A DNA stretch of 64,000 nucleotides from Zygnema circumcarinatum SAG 698-1b (GCA_037447605.1 CM074808.1:3906001-3970000), one strand, 5' to 3'; positions 36,001 through 47,255 are shown, counted from the stretch's first letter. Notes: generated from the letters alone by a model not told the origin. Program-made: numbers and translations.

Positions 36001-38749
36001 TCTCACCACCCTGAAGATCTCTACCCTGGGCCCTAAAACCTGCCCCTTGAACCCCTGCCCCCTCAACCCTGCACCCTGAACCCTGAACCCTGAACCCTGA
36101 ACCCTGAACCCTGAACCCTCCACCCCTCCACCCCCCACCCCTGCACCCAAACGAAAGCCAATTCGGGGCCCTTCCTTACGTCGGAGCTGTTAGCGAGCTC
36201 CATGACACGTGTGCACCACTGGTCGATTGCCACCTGGCGGGCCGGCTTCTGCTTCATGCGGATGGAGGCGGCGGGCGGCTCCTGCAGGAGGTGGTGCCGC
36301 CGTACGATGTCGGCAGCCATGGCGATGTCTCCGAGGTCCACCTTCTCGCGGCCGCCCTCGGAAGGGAGGTGCTGCGCAATCACGTGGAGGAGGAGACATG
36401 GCTGCAGCCGGGCGTCCTGTAGGGACACGTGGCAGAAGGACAGGGGTCACATAGGCAGTGGCTGGCAGGGGGGGGAGGGGGGGGGGGGGAGGGGAGGGGA
36501 AGGGGGATGAGTTGTCGGAGTCCTATCTCTACTGGGACTTCTGCTCTTCTCGGCTGTTTGTGTCTTGCTTCCACTCTCTCCCCCTCACTCCATCACTCCG
36601 TCCCTCCCGCCCCAACTCCCCACTTCCCCCGCACCCACTCCACTCCTCCACCCCTCTCGCTCCCTACCCTTACATCTTCCCTTCTCACACTCTCCCTTTC
36701 CTGCCCTGCCCTCCCCCACCTCCCCTCCCTCTCCCCCTCTCTGTACCCCCACCCGCCTCCATCCATCCTCCCTCCCTCCTTTTCCCATCCCCCCTCCCTC
36801 CCCCTCGCTCCCTCGTCCACTCTCCCCCTCTCCTCTCCCCACCCTTTCCCCCTCCCTCCCTCTCCTTCTCTCTGCCTCTACCACCCTCCCCGCTTCCCCC
36901 CACCTTTCCCCCTCCCCGCCCCCTTCATCACTTCCCACATTCTTAGACCCTGCGCCCCTTTACCTCTTTCCCTCTCCCCCTCTCCACGCCTCCTCCGTCT
37001 CCCGCCCTTCCCCCCCTCTCCTCCTCTCCCCCTCCTCCCCAACTCTCCCCCTCTCCTCTCCCCACCCTTTCCCCCTCCCTCCCTCTCCTTCTCTCTGCCT
37101 CTACCACCCTCCCCGCTTCCCCCCACCTTTCCCCCTCCCCGCCCCCTTCATCACTTCCCACATTCTTAGACCCTGCGCCCCTTTACCTCTTTCCCTCTCC
37201 CCCTCTCCACGCCTCCTCCGTCTCCCGCCCTTCCCCCCCTCTCCTCCTCTCCCCCTCCTCCCCAACTCTCCCCCCTCTCCCCCGTCCCCTCCCCTCCCTC
37301 CCCCCTGCCCTCTCTCTCTGTCATCTCTCTCACTCCCTTTCCTTCCACCCTCCTCTCAAATCCCCTCTCTGTCCCCTAACCCTAACTCCCTCTGTCTGCT
37401 TCACTCTAACTCTCCTATCTTTCCCTCTCTGCCCTCCCTCTATCTCTCTATTCCGTCTCTCTTAGACTCTTGATCTCCTTCGTACCCTGTTCCCTTCTAC
37501 TTCTTCTTCCTTCCCTCTCACTGTCGCTCTCTCCCCTCTTCTCTTCGCTTTCCCTCCCTCCTATGTACACATAATCTTTGTTTGCCCCCCCTCGTCCTTT
37601 CTAGCTCTACCAATCTCTCTCCCACCCTCTTCCTCTCTAGGTCTACCACTTTCTCACCCTCCCCCTCTTCCCCCCTACCTCTATTACTCTCTCGCTCTCT
37701 CTCTCTCTCCCCATCCCCTTCTACTCTATCTCTACCACTCCCTCTCCTTCCCTCTTTCTCTCTAGCTTTACCACTCCCTCCCCTTCACTCTCCCTCTCCC
37801 TCCCCCTCTGCCTCTCTATCTCCACCACTCTCTCTTCCTCCCTCTCCCCATCACAAGCGTGAATAAAGATTATTAAAGCTCTGTGCAGTGAGTGAGTTGA
37901 TCTCCACTGGAGCAGAGCGAGCTACGAGAGGAGGAGGGGGTCAAAGTCGGACCAGAGAGGGACATTTAACGGCTTCAGCGATTTCACTTTACCGGCGCAC
38001 TCAAATTGCTCGAATCTAGGGATTAACGTGGGGGCGAACAATAGAATTCCATACAAGAAATACATATTCTAAAAACAGCAAGTTTTTTACGTTTGGCTTT
38101 TCTACATGCTACACCATAGAAAGTGGATCCAAGAAAGTGGAAGTTTTGTGATCGCCAAATCTGCAAGTTGACGACCGCTACATTCAGCTTGTAACATAGA
38201 ACTGTTCAGGGCAGCAGTTTTCCGTTGCAATGGTTGGTTTGAAAGTTAAGAGACACGGCTTCACGGCATATAAATCGCCCAAAAAATGTCAGAACCCTAA
38301 AATCTGATTCTCTGTTCCGAAGATTGACAGCAAATTCCGCTTCGAATTCTCGTCATCCTCTCACAATCTTAGTTTATGGAATGGTTGCATGAATGGTTTT
38401 CCTCTCACAATGCCTTCACGAGACTTCTCAAATTTGAAACAAATCTTCAATTTTTTTAAAAGCTTGTCATTGATTCCAAAACCCTTTCAAAACCCTTTCA
38501 AAACGGGTACCCTGCGCCTTCCCTTGCTATTCTTCAACAAACAAAAAAATTGAAAAAAGGTTACAAACAGTACAAAAGAAACGCGGATAATCGGACATTG
38601 CCCTTGTGTGCGAGAAGGCCGAGCGAGGTCCGCCTCCCGCTAAAGCCCTACCCCACGGCGGTCCCTGAACCCTAAACCCCAGCGCTCACCTGCAGCCCGA
38701 TCAGAGGTTCCGCGGCCGCACTGCCAAGGCTGCCCGCCGTCGGAAGCAT
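29174..38749 (-). CDS. PELP1: PELP1/Rix1 homolog (pre-60S ribosome maturation complex), many exons
   Basis: Exon translations resemble plant RIX1/PELP1: DARLQPCLLLHVIAQHLP, WAGAALLGVTSRECSRQRF, RLGELL...AGKAWSPLLLLLQED, CFALLPRLTGDPATWSSLCRRLL, QLLPLASDVARLL, HRPPYLGQALSIFRRG, CSTALLAIEPMLHPRCLP and terminal GPLPDIVGGDTDPDL*. First exon 38749-38690 (MLPTAGS...GLQ|GTGAGC) is tentative but in phase. Confidence 0.85.
32007..32277 (+). repeat. Intronic telomere-variant array (GGGTTA/GGGGTT)n
   Basis: About 270 bp of GGGTTAGGGTTGGGGTTAG repeats in a PELP1 intron, C-rich on the sense strand just before the acceptor at ~31980. Confidence 0.92.
33906..34108 (+). repeat. Intronic telomere-variant array (GGGTTCAGAGGTTA)n
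   Basis: The tandem array fills most of the ~280-bp PELP1 intron ~33893-34171. Confidence 0.92.
36040..36145 (-). repeat. Intronic (GGGTTCA)n array
   Basis: CCCTGAA heptamers on the + strand are G-rich on the PELP1 sense strand directly after the donor at ~36178. Confidence 0.88.
36823..37270 (+). repeat. 223-bp tandem duplication within a C/T-rich PELP1 intron
   Basis: The block ...CCCTTCATCACTTCCCACATTCTTAGACCCTGCGCC... occurs twice 223 bp apart (ORF ends 36946 and 37169). Confidence 0.85.
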
Positions 38750-38884
38750 AGCCCTCTCCCACCAAGAAACCCTATAACCATTCCATTCTCTCTTTCGCTC
38801 TCTCTTTCTCTCTCTCTTTTTTCTTCTAGCAGTCAAACACTCCTTTATTCTCCCTTTCTCCCCATCTCTTCCCCCAATCCTTCT

Positions 38885-39105
38885 CTCCCTCTCCCTCTCC
38901 CTCTCCCTCTCCCTCTCCCTCTCCCTCTCCCTCTCCCTCTCCCACTCCCTCTCCCTCTCCCTCTCCCTCTCCCTCTCCCTCTCCCTCTCCCTCTCCCTCT
39001 CCCTCTCCCTCTCCCTCTCCCTCTCCCTCTCCCTCTCCCTCGCCCTCTCCCACGCCCTCGCCCTCGCCCTCGCCCTCGCCCTCGCCCTCGCCCTCGCCCT
39101 CTCCC
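38885..39105 (+). repeat. (CTCTCC)n then (CTCGCC)n hexamer microsatellite upstream of PELP1
   Basis: Long near-perfect hexamer runs, directly visible. Confidence 0.9.
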
Positions 39106-41991
39106 TCTCCCTCTCACTCTCCCACTCCCTCTCCCCTTTCACGCTCTCTCTCTCTCTCTCTCTCCCTCCCCCCCTCAACCCTAACCCCCGCCACGCGGCC
39201 CCGGCTCCCTCTGCCGGCGGCGCCGGCCACTGCTTTCCAGAAAGGCCGCGAGATGCCCTTCTCGGGGCTGCCGCGATATCGGATACTTCCACGGCCGGGC
39301 GGCCGCCCCGCTGTACGCCCCATCCAAACGCCGCGCGCCACGTGGACACTTTTGCCAACGTGGTGCCCTTCTACTGGCCGACGTTCTGCTAAAGACCCGA
39401 GTTCGTACGGCCATTACACGACAGGCTCTTGGGGTTTGTACGAATGGCGGCCAGGAGAAAAGCCGTACGATACGAGATTGTACGAAGGTTGATCCTTTGA
39501 GTACGACATCCGTACCAGCCATTTGTCCCGGGGCCAATAGGTACAGGGTTTTGTCGCGCCAGTGGGGAGCCGAATCGGATCCAGGCGCGGCTGGACACGT
39601 ATCGGATCTAGCCCCTAAGGCCTAGGATTTTCGCGTCACCTGGTGCTGACAGGTGATGCGTCAGCCAGTTGCAAACTGGTGGAAGCTGGCCCTCTGGCTT
39701 CCGCTGATGGTTTTTTGGAAGTTGCGAAGGTGGCGAAATTATTGTCGATATGGTGTGAGCCAATGAGAGTTCACAAAAGAAGAGAGGGATGTCAGTGTGT
39801 CGTATTATCTTGGCCGATACTAACACGACAGGAAGGACTCCTCTGTACAAACCGAATCCCTGCAACTGTATTTTTTCGAGCGCCAAATCGCGGCACCACG
39901 TGATCACCCGCGGCTCCAACGGTCAGCAGCCAATCAGAGGGTGCCATTTGATTCACTTGTCGCACGCGGGCAAACACTAACGGCGCTTTGTACTCATTCA
40001 GTACTCATGCCAGCTGTAATCCGGGCGGTATCCGCTTGTCCGGTAGCGCGACGCCCGGTCGGGAAAAGCCCGCAACGCGGTCGGTGCCGAATGTCGCCGT
40101 TTTATGGGCGGCTGCAGGGGGTGAAACCGTGGGGCGCGCCAAAAATGTTTTGTCCAGCAAATGACATGTGAACATGTAACAGAGCCACCGAGGTCGAATA
40201 TTATACGGTTTCGTCAAGAGTCTCAAAAGTCAAGCATTGGATTTCTGATTTTGTGCAGCCGTCATATCGCAAATTGATTAATATCAATCGTGGCCGTCAT
40301 TCATTGGTTTATTAGGCCAGCTTTTAGCTAGCTGCCAAAATTCCACCGACAGCATTTAGTGAAAAGGTAGACAGGCTTCCGAGCACGTGTCTTGGATCCC
40401 TGTCGCTTGTGCCGACAATGTCGGTGAGACGCGACCGCAGACTTTCGGGTAAAAGCCAGGTATGCTGACTTTCAGCGAATTAGGTTAAATGTTTCTGGCC
40501 TTTGTGCTGATGACTTCGATTCCCCGGCTCGGTGACGGCGCCGTACGACAGTGCCGGTCGCGCGTTAACGCACGCCGACCGGAGGCCGGCCGGCGACCGA
40601 CCGACACCGACCGCGCCCGCGCGCTGCGTACGTCACCATGCGCCAGTCAACAGCACACATGGCAGCCTACCATAGGGCAACGTGCGCGGTCAGCCGCCTC
40701 GTGGCAGGGCTGCACGGAGGACTCTTGGCAGGCCCGGGGGGCCGCGGCTGCCGCGGGCCCTACGCCGTCAGTGCGCCGTATCGCAGCCGACATGTACGGC
40801 ACCAATCGCGGGTTGGGCTCCACGTGAGTGGCGTACTTTGGTAGAGATTCGAATTGCACAGGATCGATCGGCCATCGCGATCTTTATCTGATCTGATCTT
40901 GTAAGGATTGAGGCCTTGGTGCTTCCTTGAGTCGCGCGGGGAAGGCGGGGGAGCCCTCGCTCCCTCCCTCACCTCCCTGAGTCCCCGCGCGCATGTACGG
41001 CATGTTAGGATGGGTGAATGGACGGACGGACGGATGGGATCGCTCTGGTTTAGGGATGGATTAATTACGACTATATAATATATATTATATTATACAACTG
41101 TGGCGACTAGATAACGGCTGATATATATTACTTTACAACGCCTTTACAACATGTACGGTCGGACGGTCGGACGGTCGTATGGTCGTACGACTGTACGGTA
41201 TTATGCGGTACGAATGTACGGTCGAGCACTAGCAGACGAGTGAACCAGACTGACCCATTTCGCAACGCCAACGTGTAGCACAAGATAAGTGGGGTTAAAA
41301 GGAGATTGCTGAGCTAGTCGCAGATGCTGTACGGCCACCCGAGCGTCCGTGCTGAAACTGACGTAAGGTTGGGGTGGTGCTGTGGGTCTGCCTGCAGCAT
41401 AGAGCCAGGATCCGGGGGATTCAGAGGTACGCGCANNNNNNNNNNCTCTCTCTCTCTCTCTCTCTCTTACTTAGCATCTGTTGCTGTAACTGAAGAGGAA
41501 GGAAAAGAAGAAAGAAGAACAAGACAACAAACCACACAGCAAATACAAATACTAAGCCCAGCACTAAAAGACAAACAAGCATCACTGACATCCCATCTAC
41601 TTAACACTGACAATAGATCTTGAGTCTTGGTAGTGACAGTCCCTGATTGGCCAACTGCCCACTGAGAGGCCTGACTGACTACGTGGAGCCTTCGGATAGG
41701 TCAACGAATGATAATCGGCGGCCTTAGGCGGTGTTCCCGAGTGCGCCTTGCTGGATGGTGTGCTGTTCCGTGGGCCGCCAACGCATGGCGCCGCCTTCTC
41801 TCAATCTCCGTTGGCAGCTCCTGGATTCCGTTGATCCGTGACACGGAAGAGGCATATGTCAAGTACAATTGAACTGACGCAAATCCGTCGAACGCAGCTC
41901 CGTTACGCTACAAACGCCAATACGCAGGGTTCGTCAAATAGGGGATTTCGGCTTAAGATAGGGGACTGTCCCCTAACTTGGTTTTGTAGAA

Positions 41992-42689
41992 GGGGACGAC
42001 TATTTACAGTGTACGTTTTCTGAATGTAGTGTACGATTTCGCGGGGTAGCAAAAAAAAGGTTTTTTTTGGCGAAAAATGTTGTTTCACACTTCTCAGAAT
42101 AGATACAGACCTTTTTTCGTCGGATGTACGGATGGTGATTTGAAATGTACGAAGCGCGCGCGTCTACAAGGTATTAGGGCGCAACACGTGGAGCGACATG
42201 ATTGGTCGCGGAAACATATGACGTGGCAAGTATGTTTGGGACCGTGACGTGACGAAACGAGACGCGACAAAAGTGGAGTCCGCGGACGGCAGTCGGAAAT
42301 GGCGGGAATTAAAACTGACAGATTTTTCCTGAAACACGCTACGTTATGTGCCCTATCTTTTTTTGTCAGTTTGAATTCCCGCCATTTCCGACTGCCGTCC
42401 GCGGACTCCACTTTTTTCGCGTCTCGTTTCGTCACGTCACTCCCAAACATACTTGCCATGTCATATGTTGCCGCGACCAATCATGTCGCTCCACGTGTTG
42501 CATCCTTATACCTTGTAGACGCGCGCGCTTCGTACATTTCAAATCACCATCCGTACATCCGACGAAAAAAGGTCTGTATCTATTCTGAGAAGTGTGAAAC
42601 AACATTTTTCCCCAAAAAAAACCTTTTTTTGCTGCCCCACGAAATCGTACACTACATTCAGAAAACGTACACTGTAAATAGTCGCCCCC
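41992..42689. mobile_element. Foldback-type MITE with ~330-bp inverted arms
   Basis: Arms 41992-42320 and 42364-42689 are near-perfect reverse complements around a 43-bp spacer. Flanks are TTGTAGAA / TTGTAAAA (7/8 TSD match). Confidence 0.85.
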
Positions 42690-42699
42690 TTGTAAAAAC

Positions 42700-43741
42700 G
42701 GAAAATGATACAGCGGCCCCACTTTTTGGATATCGGCGCCCCTTTTGGGAAAAATTGTACTTTCTTTTTTGGCTAATCACCCCCCCCCCTTGGATCTTTC
42801 GGGAGGAGAGATCTTGTCGACAATCGGACCCCGCGCCTCGCGCGCAGGATCCGACCGTGCACCGACGTACGGCGCCGCGCATCGCGGCGCGGCCCGCGAG
42901 ATGCGGCGAGCCTACGGAAACGTTGTCCTCACCTGACCCGTTTGGGTCCGAGGTTACCACGTGGCAGTCTGCCATTGGACAGCCATGCTGCCGGTCCCCC
43001 ATGCCGATACAAGTGGACCCCCATAATATTTTCGCCATGGTTTCGGCAAATACTGGGCGAAAATATTGTAATTTGCAAATATAAGGTCCGTGTTACCAAT
43101 AGGCGAGCGGTATTATGTTAGAGTTCATGTCTGTTCGTACGTATCGTATCGTATCGTACCGTGATTTAGATACATGAACTCCTATTGGTGTCGTACGTAT
43201 ACCGTACGACTTAGAGATTTTATTCGTTTTTACCGTACAGTAAAAAAGCGTGACCCATGTTTGAAATCCGTTTCGATTAACAGATTTTGTATTGGAGAAT
43301 AGGTCAGGTTAGGTTAACACCCCTAATACGTTAACATTGAGTTACCGTACAAAAAGGTGGTTTCGGCAAAATCGGGGCGAATTTCTTGTGGGACGCACTG
43401 TACAAGGTGGAAAATATTATGGAGGTCCACTGTATCGGCATGGGGGACCGGCAGCATGGCTGTCCAATAGCAGACTGCCACGTGGCAACCTCTGACCCAA
43501 ACGGGTCAGGTGAGGACAACGTTTCCGTAGGCTCGCCGCATCTCGCGGGCCGCGCCGCGATGCGCGGCGCCGTACGTCGGTGCACGGTCGGATCCTGCGC
43601 GCGAGGCGCGGGGTCCGATTGTCTACAAGATCTCTCCTCCCGAAAGATCCAAGGGGGGGGGGCTGATTAGCCAAAAAAAAGTACATTTTTTCCCAAAAGG
43701 GGCGCCGATATCCAAAAAGTGGGGCCGCTGTATCATTTTCC
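42700..43741. mobile_element. Mutator-like palindromic non-autonomous element (terminus GGAAAATGATA)
   Basis: Perfect 9-bp TSD TGTAAAAAC (42691-42699 and 43742-43750). Arms 42700-43009 and 43433-43741 are near-perfect reverse complements. Confidence 0.9.
43010..43432. mobile_element. Tc1/mariner-type MITE nested at the palindrome centre
   Basis: TA|CA(A)GTGGACCCCCATAATATTTTC ... GAAAATATTATGGAGGTCCACTG|TA. The internal sequence is homologous (inverted) to 63099-63627. Confidence 0.85.
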
Positions 43742-43843
43742 TGTAAAAACACGTAAATATGGACTGTACGGACGAAACCGTGCACGTACGGACGTTCATC
43801 ATTTCCCAGCACTGCTACCGTCGAGTCTGATTTTTCAGTAATT

Positions 43844-44122
43844 AGGGGGATTCAGACCTTGACCATCGCCCGCGGAATTGAAAGATTCCGCCGGCGGAAA
43901 GGTATTGATTTCGATTGCAGAATTCGGTTCGGAAACCGCGGCTCCCCCCGAACCTGTCTGTCCCGTCCGTACTTCGAAATAGGTGACAAAAATGAGATAC
44001 GGGCTCGGCGCCCGAGCCTGTCGAACATCACCTTTTGGCGAAAAAGGCCTGCCGTACAACGGGGAATTGGCCCGACGGGCTCGCAGAATTGGCTTGGCGC
44101 TGGTCAAGGTCTGATTCCCCCT
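43844..44122. mobile_element. MITE with AGGGGG..TCAGAC termini and 3-bp ATT TSD (PIF/Harbinger-related, tentative)
   Basis: 22-bp TIR AGGGGGA(T/A)TCAGACCTTGACCA with one mismatch. Flanks ATT (43841-43843) and ATT (44123-44125). Confidence 0.8.
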
Positions 44123-45001
44123 ATTGGATGGGAGAAAGACGAGTTTCAAAAGAGGTTGACAGACTTGATGAAAGTTTGTCGCTTGGTTGACAGACTTTTC
44201 ATTGGAAGGCATTCTTCACTGCAAACAGTTTGATAGTTTGACCTCTCTTCGAGGGTCTCTTTGAGTAGTTTGCATCACTTCTATAGCTGTCTTGTTCAGC
44301 CTAAAACTCCTAAGGGAGTGAGACCATTTTTCATTTCATTTCTAATTTTAGTTCCTATTTCAGTTTTTCTTTTGTGACTACACCTAGAATTTCCAAGGTT
44401 ATGATTTGGAATAGAGTTTTTGTGAGGAAATTTCAAGACTATGATGGATTCTTAAGTGATACTTGGAGTAATTAATGATGGATGGAAAAGGAAATAGAGA
44501 GCTTAGGATTGGATCTACAAAATTTCCGTGCAATTGGGTTTCTGAATAAGCAACTATATGTTGTGATTGCCAAATGCACAGTTGTTCTAATTGATTGGTA
44601 AAATTTACCAATTTATAAGAGTCGAAGAGGTTGCACCAGTTTCTAAAGCCGTGTTGTTATACCCACAAGTAAAGTTCATATACATCATTGCTATCGTGGT
44701 TGCAACTGCAATTCATTTCCTTTTTGTTTTTAACCAAAAAAATGCTTTTTTGGGGCTTGTGTGGTATTTAAGTTGAAATCACGTAAACTAATCTCAAAAT
44801 CTTACATAAATAAGCTATTTACGATGTTTAGGGGATCTCCCCTATTTGACGAACCCTGCCAATACGACCTAATTTTGGTATGGTACGACCGTACGAGTAC
44901 GGTCATACGGTCGTTAATTGTTCAAAACGAGTGGGTATAATATAATAAAGTCTTTTACTTTATAATATATTACTACTTTTAAACCCGTTGTAAAGTATAT
45001 A

Positions 45002-45485
45002 CAGTCTAATCACGTTATAGTGACACCGTTTATAAGAACAGCATGGATATACTGACTTTTTTTCCGGGAACGGAATTGCACCACTGCAGATCCTGCGCCA
45101 GTAGTGACGCCATTACGGATATAATGACGTTGAAAAACCCTGATTGTTACTATATATTCAAAATTTCGATATTATCCACTCACGTATTGGAATATGCGTT
45201 ACAAATAGATTACAACCGTACACGGTATCGACTAATATCGTCAGATATCGACTTGACCGTACATATCAACTTGTCCGTACAGATGCTCACTAGGGTTCGT
45301 ACACACCTACCCACGTGACGACTGCCCAAAAAGTACAATGTACGGTATCAAAGTCGTACGGATATACCGCAAAAATATATGTAATAACATTGTTACTATA
45401 AATGTGAGATGACAAACGGGTCATTACCGATATAGTGACACAAATGTGTGGGGACCGACACAGTCACTATAACGTGATTAGACTG
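45002..45485. mobile_element. Tc1/mariner (pogo-like) MITE
   Basis: Perfect 23-bp TIR CAGTCTAATCACGTTATAGTGAC / GTCACTATAACGTGATTAGACTG, flanked by TA on both sides. Confidence 0.88.
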
Positions 45486-45832
45486 TAATGTATTCGGAAT
45501 TTATAACGCGGGCCATCCCTACTCTGGTTCGACGCCGGCCGTACAAAAGCAGTATTCTTCTCCCAGTCTGCCACCTACAGTACAGTACAGTACCGTGGTG
45601 TACCGTACTGACTCTGTCATTCCGATTTCGTGCACGTGCCGTATCCCCAACCCTACGGGGTCGCTTATGATTGGCTGTTGATTCGCTCCACGTGACGACT
45701 GATTCTGTTCCATTTAATTATGCCACGTCAGCTGTAATTTGTTGACCCCATTCCACCATCACTCCCCATTGCTCAGCTTGATTCCACACGATATTGATTC
45801 TGACCTTTAGATCAACATCATCCCTAAAATTT

Positions 45833-46537
45833 GGGAAATGATACTTCGCTCCCTTGTTGGGTTATCCCGTCCCCTTTTTTGAAATCCCGCCCTCAGAATT
45901 TGGCTATTCCGCCCCCTGCTTTGGATATCCCGCCCCTCCCCTTTTTGGATATTCACCCCCTGTTTCCTCCTCACACATCAGCGCAAAGTTCGTAAAGGCA
46001 TTCGCAAAGAGAGAGACCAGAGGAGAGGAGAGGAGAGAGAGCAGAGGAGAGAGAGAGCAGAAGAGAGAGAGAACAGCGGAGAGAAAGCGCAGAGGAGAGA
46101 GAGCAGAGAGACTAGTGGAGAGAGAGCGCAGGAGAGAGAGACTAGGAGAGCGAGCAGAGGGAGAGCAGAGGAGAGAGAGAGAGAGCAGAGGAGAGAGAGA
46201 GAGAGCAGAGGAGAGAGAGCAGAGGAGAGAGAGCAGAGGAGAGAAAGCAGAGGGAGAGCAGAGGAGAGGGAGAGCAGAGGAGAGACTAGTGGAGAGAGAG
46301 CGAGAGAGAGAGAGAGCGAGAGCGAGAGAGAGAGAGAGAGAGAGAGANNNNNNNNNNGAGAGAAAGAGAGAGAGAGAGAGAGAGAGTGAGAGAGAGAGAG
46401 CAGAGAGAGCAGAGGAGAGGGAGCAGAGGAGGAAACAAAAATCGATTGGGGAGGAAATAGCCGAAATGCGAGGGCGGGATTTCGAAAAAAACGGGGCGGG
46501 ATAACCCAGAAGGGAGGGGGGCGAAGTATCATTTTCC
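45833..46537. mobile_element. Mutator-like MITE (GG(G/A)AAATGATA termini) with a GA-rich satellite core
   Basis: Degenerate ~80-bp TIRs (GGGAAATGATACTTCGC.. / ..GCGAAGTATCATTTTCC). Flanks TAAAATTT / TAAAACTT (7/8). The interior is GAGAGCAGAGGAGAG repeats with a 10-N gap. Confidence 0.7.
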
Positions 46538-46565
46538 TAAAACTTCACCTATATTTTCGGCTACT

Positions 46566-46700
46566 AGGGGGTGTCAGACTTAACGAAATCTTACGAACAA
46601 AAAAGTTTTGTAAGTACTCCGCCGCACCAGGATTGCTATGTCACCGAAGTACTCGTTCTGGTCTCAAACTTACGAACAATTTTTAAGTCTGACACCCCCT
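46566..46700. mobile_element. 135-bp MITE with AGGGGG..TCAGAC termini and 3-bp ACT TSD
   Basis: Perfect 18-bp TIR AGGGGGTGTCAGACTTAA. Flanks ACT (46563-46565) and ACT (46701-46703). Confidence 0.82.
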
Positions 46701-47255
46701 ACTATGACCTAACTTGAGTGACACCTGCATTCGACTATCGCGTCAGGCAGCGCGGCGCTGTACTGTTCAAATCTTAGATCAAATCGAATCCAGACCGGTG
46801 GATCGCCCCGATCGGCTGAGAAGATCCTGCGGATCCTTTTCAGCCGCGCCCCCGGGGCCCCTGGCGAGTCCGGCGGTGACACGTGTCCGACTGCGAGAAC
46901 AGAGCGGATCTTCAAGAAGACCCAATCGTGACGTGACGTCACGACCCGCGATCCGGCGCATGTCCGACACGAAGCCAAAGACTCTGGAAGCTTCTGGAAG
47001 CTTCTGGAAATACGACTCTCAGGAAGAACGTTCAGTAGGGCTGTACAGTACAGTACAGTACTGTACATTACAGTAGTACGGCACGCACGGCACGTACAGG
47101 AGCAAAGCTGCCTAGGCATGTTGGCATGGCCATGACGACGCTATGACGTCATCGGTCCATCGCCTGCACGCCGTACATCATAGCACGCGCTGATGCATGC
47201 GAGGGAGGGAGGGAGGGAGGGAGGAGAAGGGAGACGGAAGAGGGAGGGAGGGCGG

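Larger units (their letters stand above)
41924..44858. mobile_element. Non-autonomous hAT-like DNA transposon acting as a container for nested elements
   Basis: 21-bp perfect TIR CAGGGTTCGTCAAATAGGGGA / TCCCCTATTTGACGAACCCTG and perfect 8-bp TSD CCAATACG (41916-41923 and 44859-44866). No transposase ORF. Confidence 0.9.

Noticed and set aside
36429-37473. Extensin-like Pro/Ser-rich ORFs
   Set aside because: Stop-poor C/T-rich intron sequence with no signal peptide or SP4 periodicity.
38672-39358. ORFs with (RE)n, (GE)n and (RG)n runs
   Set aside because: Hexamer microsatellite translations. Only the 60-nt tentative PELP1 first exon is retained.
41324-41900. Possible LTR/DIRS fragment or ribozyme-like GC-rich segment
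   Set aside because: No PBS, TG...CA ends, RT motifs or correct CUGANGA/GAAA hammerhead core could be confirmed.
42299-43084. 261-aa ORF across the foldback elements
   Set aside because: No DDE or other domain. It is a chance open frame in GC-rich inverted repeats.
41131-44995. Possible outer TA-flanked element (TA|CTTTACAACG ... CGTTGTAAAG|TA)
   Set aside because: Only a 12-bp AT-rich inverted match, which is expected by chance over several kb. It spans a gap and has no extended TIR.
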